Shown piece by piece: positions 63,436 through 64,000 of a DNA stretch of 64,000 nucleotides. Made by a program: the position numbers and the translations under genes. This DNA is from Phoronis australis (lineage: Eukaryota > Animalia > Phoronida), in NCBI GenBank assembly GCA_002633005.1, contig NMRA01000686.1, forward strand, positions 1 through 64,000, given 5' to 3'. The notes beneath the pieces were generated by a model, which did not search any database, was not told where the DNA came from, and worked only from the letters and a program-made list of their open reading frames with translations. Every line of letters begins with the position of its first letter. Positions within the stretch are counted from its first letter, which is position 1.

Positions 63436-64000
63436 CCGACCGGGCGGACAAAAATTCGTGATGTGTGCTGTATATAAATTTGGATTCATTGTATATTCAT
63501 ATTCCATAATGTACCGGGAGAGGTCATTTGGTGCAAAGGTCATGTAATTTTCAAAGTTCTACTTCTTCTTTATTTTAAAAGGTATTCTTTTCAAATTCGG
63601 TACATAGGTATAAGTCAGTAAGGCAATTATAAAAATTACTTTTCTAAATAATCGGGTAATCCAATCAGGTTGAACCGGTCAAAGGACAATAGGTGCAAAC
63701 TAAGATTTTAAGCTAGACACTTCAAATTCACAGGTCTGATTGGCACAGGTAATTCAATTTGGAATCCAAAGTTTCAGTTCATTTAGTGCAAAAATGGGTT
63801 CATTAGGTGCATTTTCACACTGATTATGTTAGAGTGCCCCAAAACTCAACGTTTACTGGGTTCAAAGCAAGGTTTGGCTATAGCCAGTGACTAAGCGCTT
63901 AGTGTTGAGATGTAGTTTCAAGCGCGCCAAATCATTCTTCCGGCTTTGAAATAACATCATTCTATATGGACAAAGGTATGTATGTAAACGCGTGGTTATT
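63436..64000 (+). other. Second copy (probable alternate haplotype) of 59657-60037 joined directly to a copy of 63084-63270
   Basis: Both copies start CCGACCGGGCGGACAAAAATTCG immediately after a single N (59656 and 63435) and differ by scattered SNPs. Confidence 0.8.

Overview
This is AT-rich, repeat-dense eukaryotic DNA, most likely a draft assembly of a marine invertebrate (inferred from its TE families and frequent TACATGTA), with one long N gap and several single-N contig joins. A + strand host gene runs across most of the window. Five exons splice in frame (617-837, 17189-17310, 17561-17691, 19073-19258, 28126-28309), and a sixth, homologous exon lies at 51497-51688. The product is a helical, internally repeated protein of uncertain identity, possibly an ABCA-type extracellular domain. 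The introns are filled with nested transposons: two oppositely oriented head-to-tail arrays of Helentron/HINE-like elements, a Sola3-like element with a nested foldback element, two decayed Academ elements (one carrying a Harbinger-like MITE), an L1/Tx1-like LINE remnant and several MITEs. The most notable element is a young Kolobok-type transposon at 60152-62092. It has 158-bp TIRs and a TTAA TSD, and carries two convergent genes, a THAP-DDE transposase and a P2X7-ballast-like (KolX) protein, which are joined by an internal deletion. All family and protein assignments come from motifs recognised by eye; no database searches were run.
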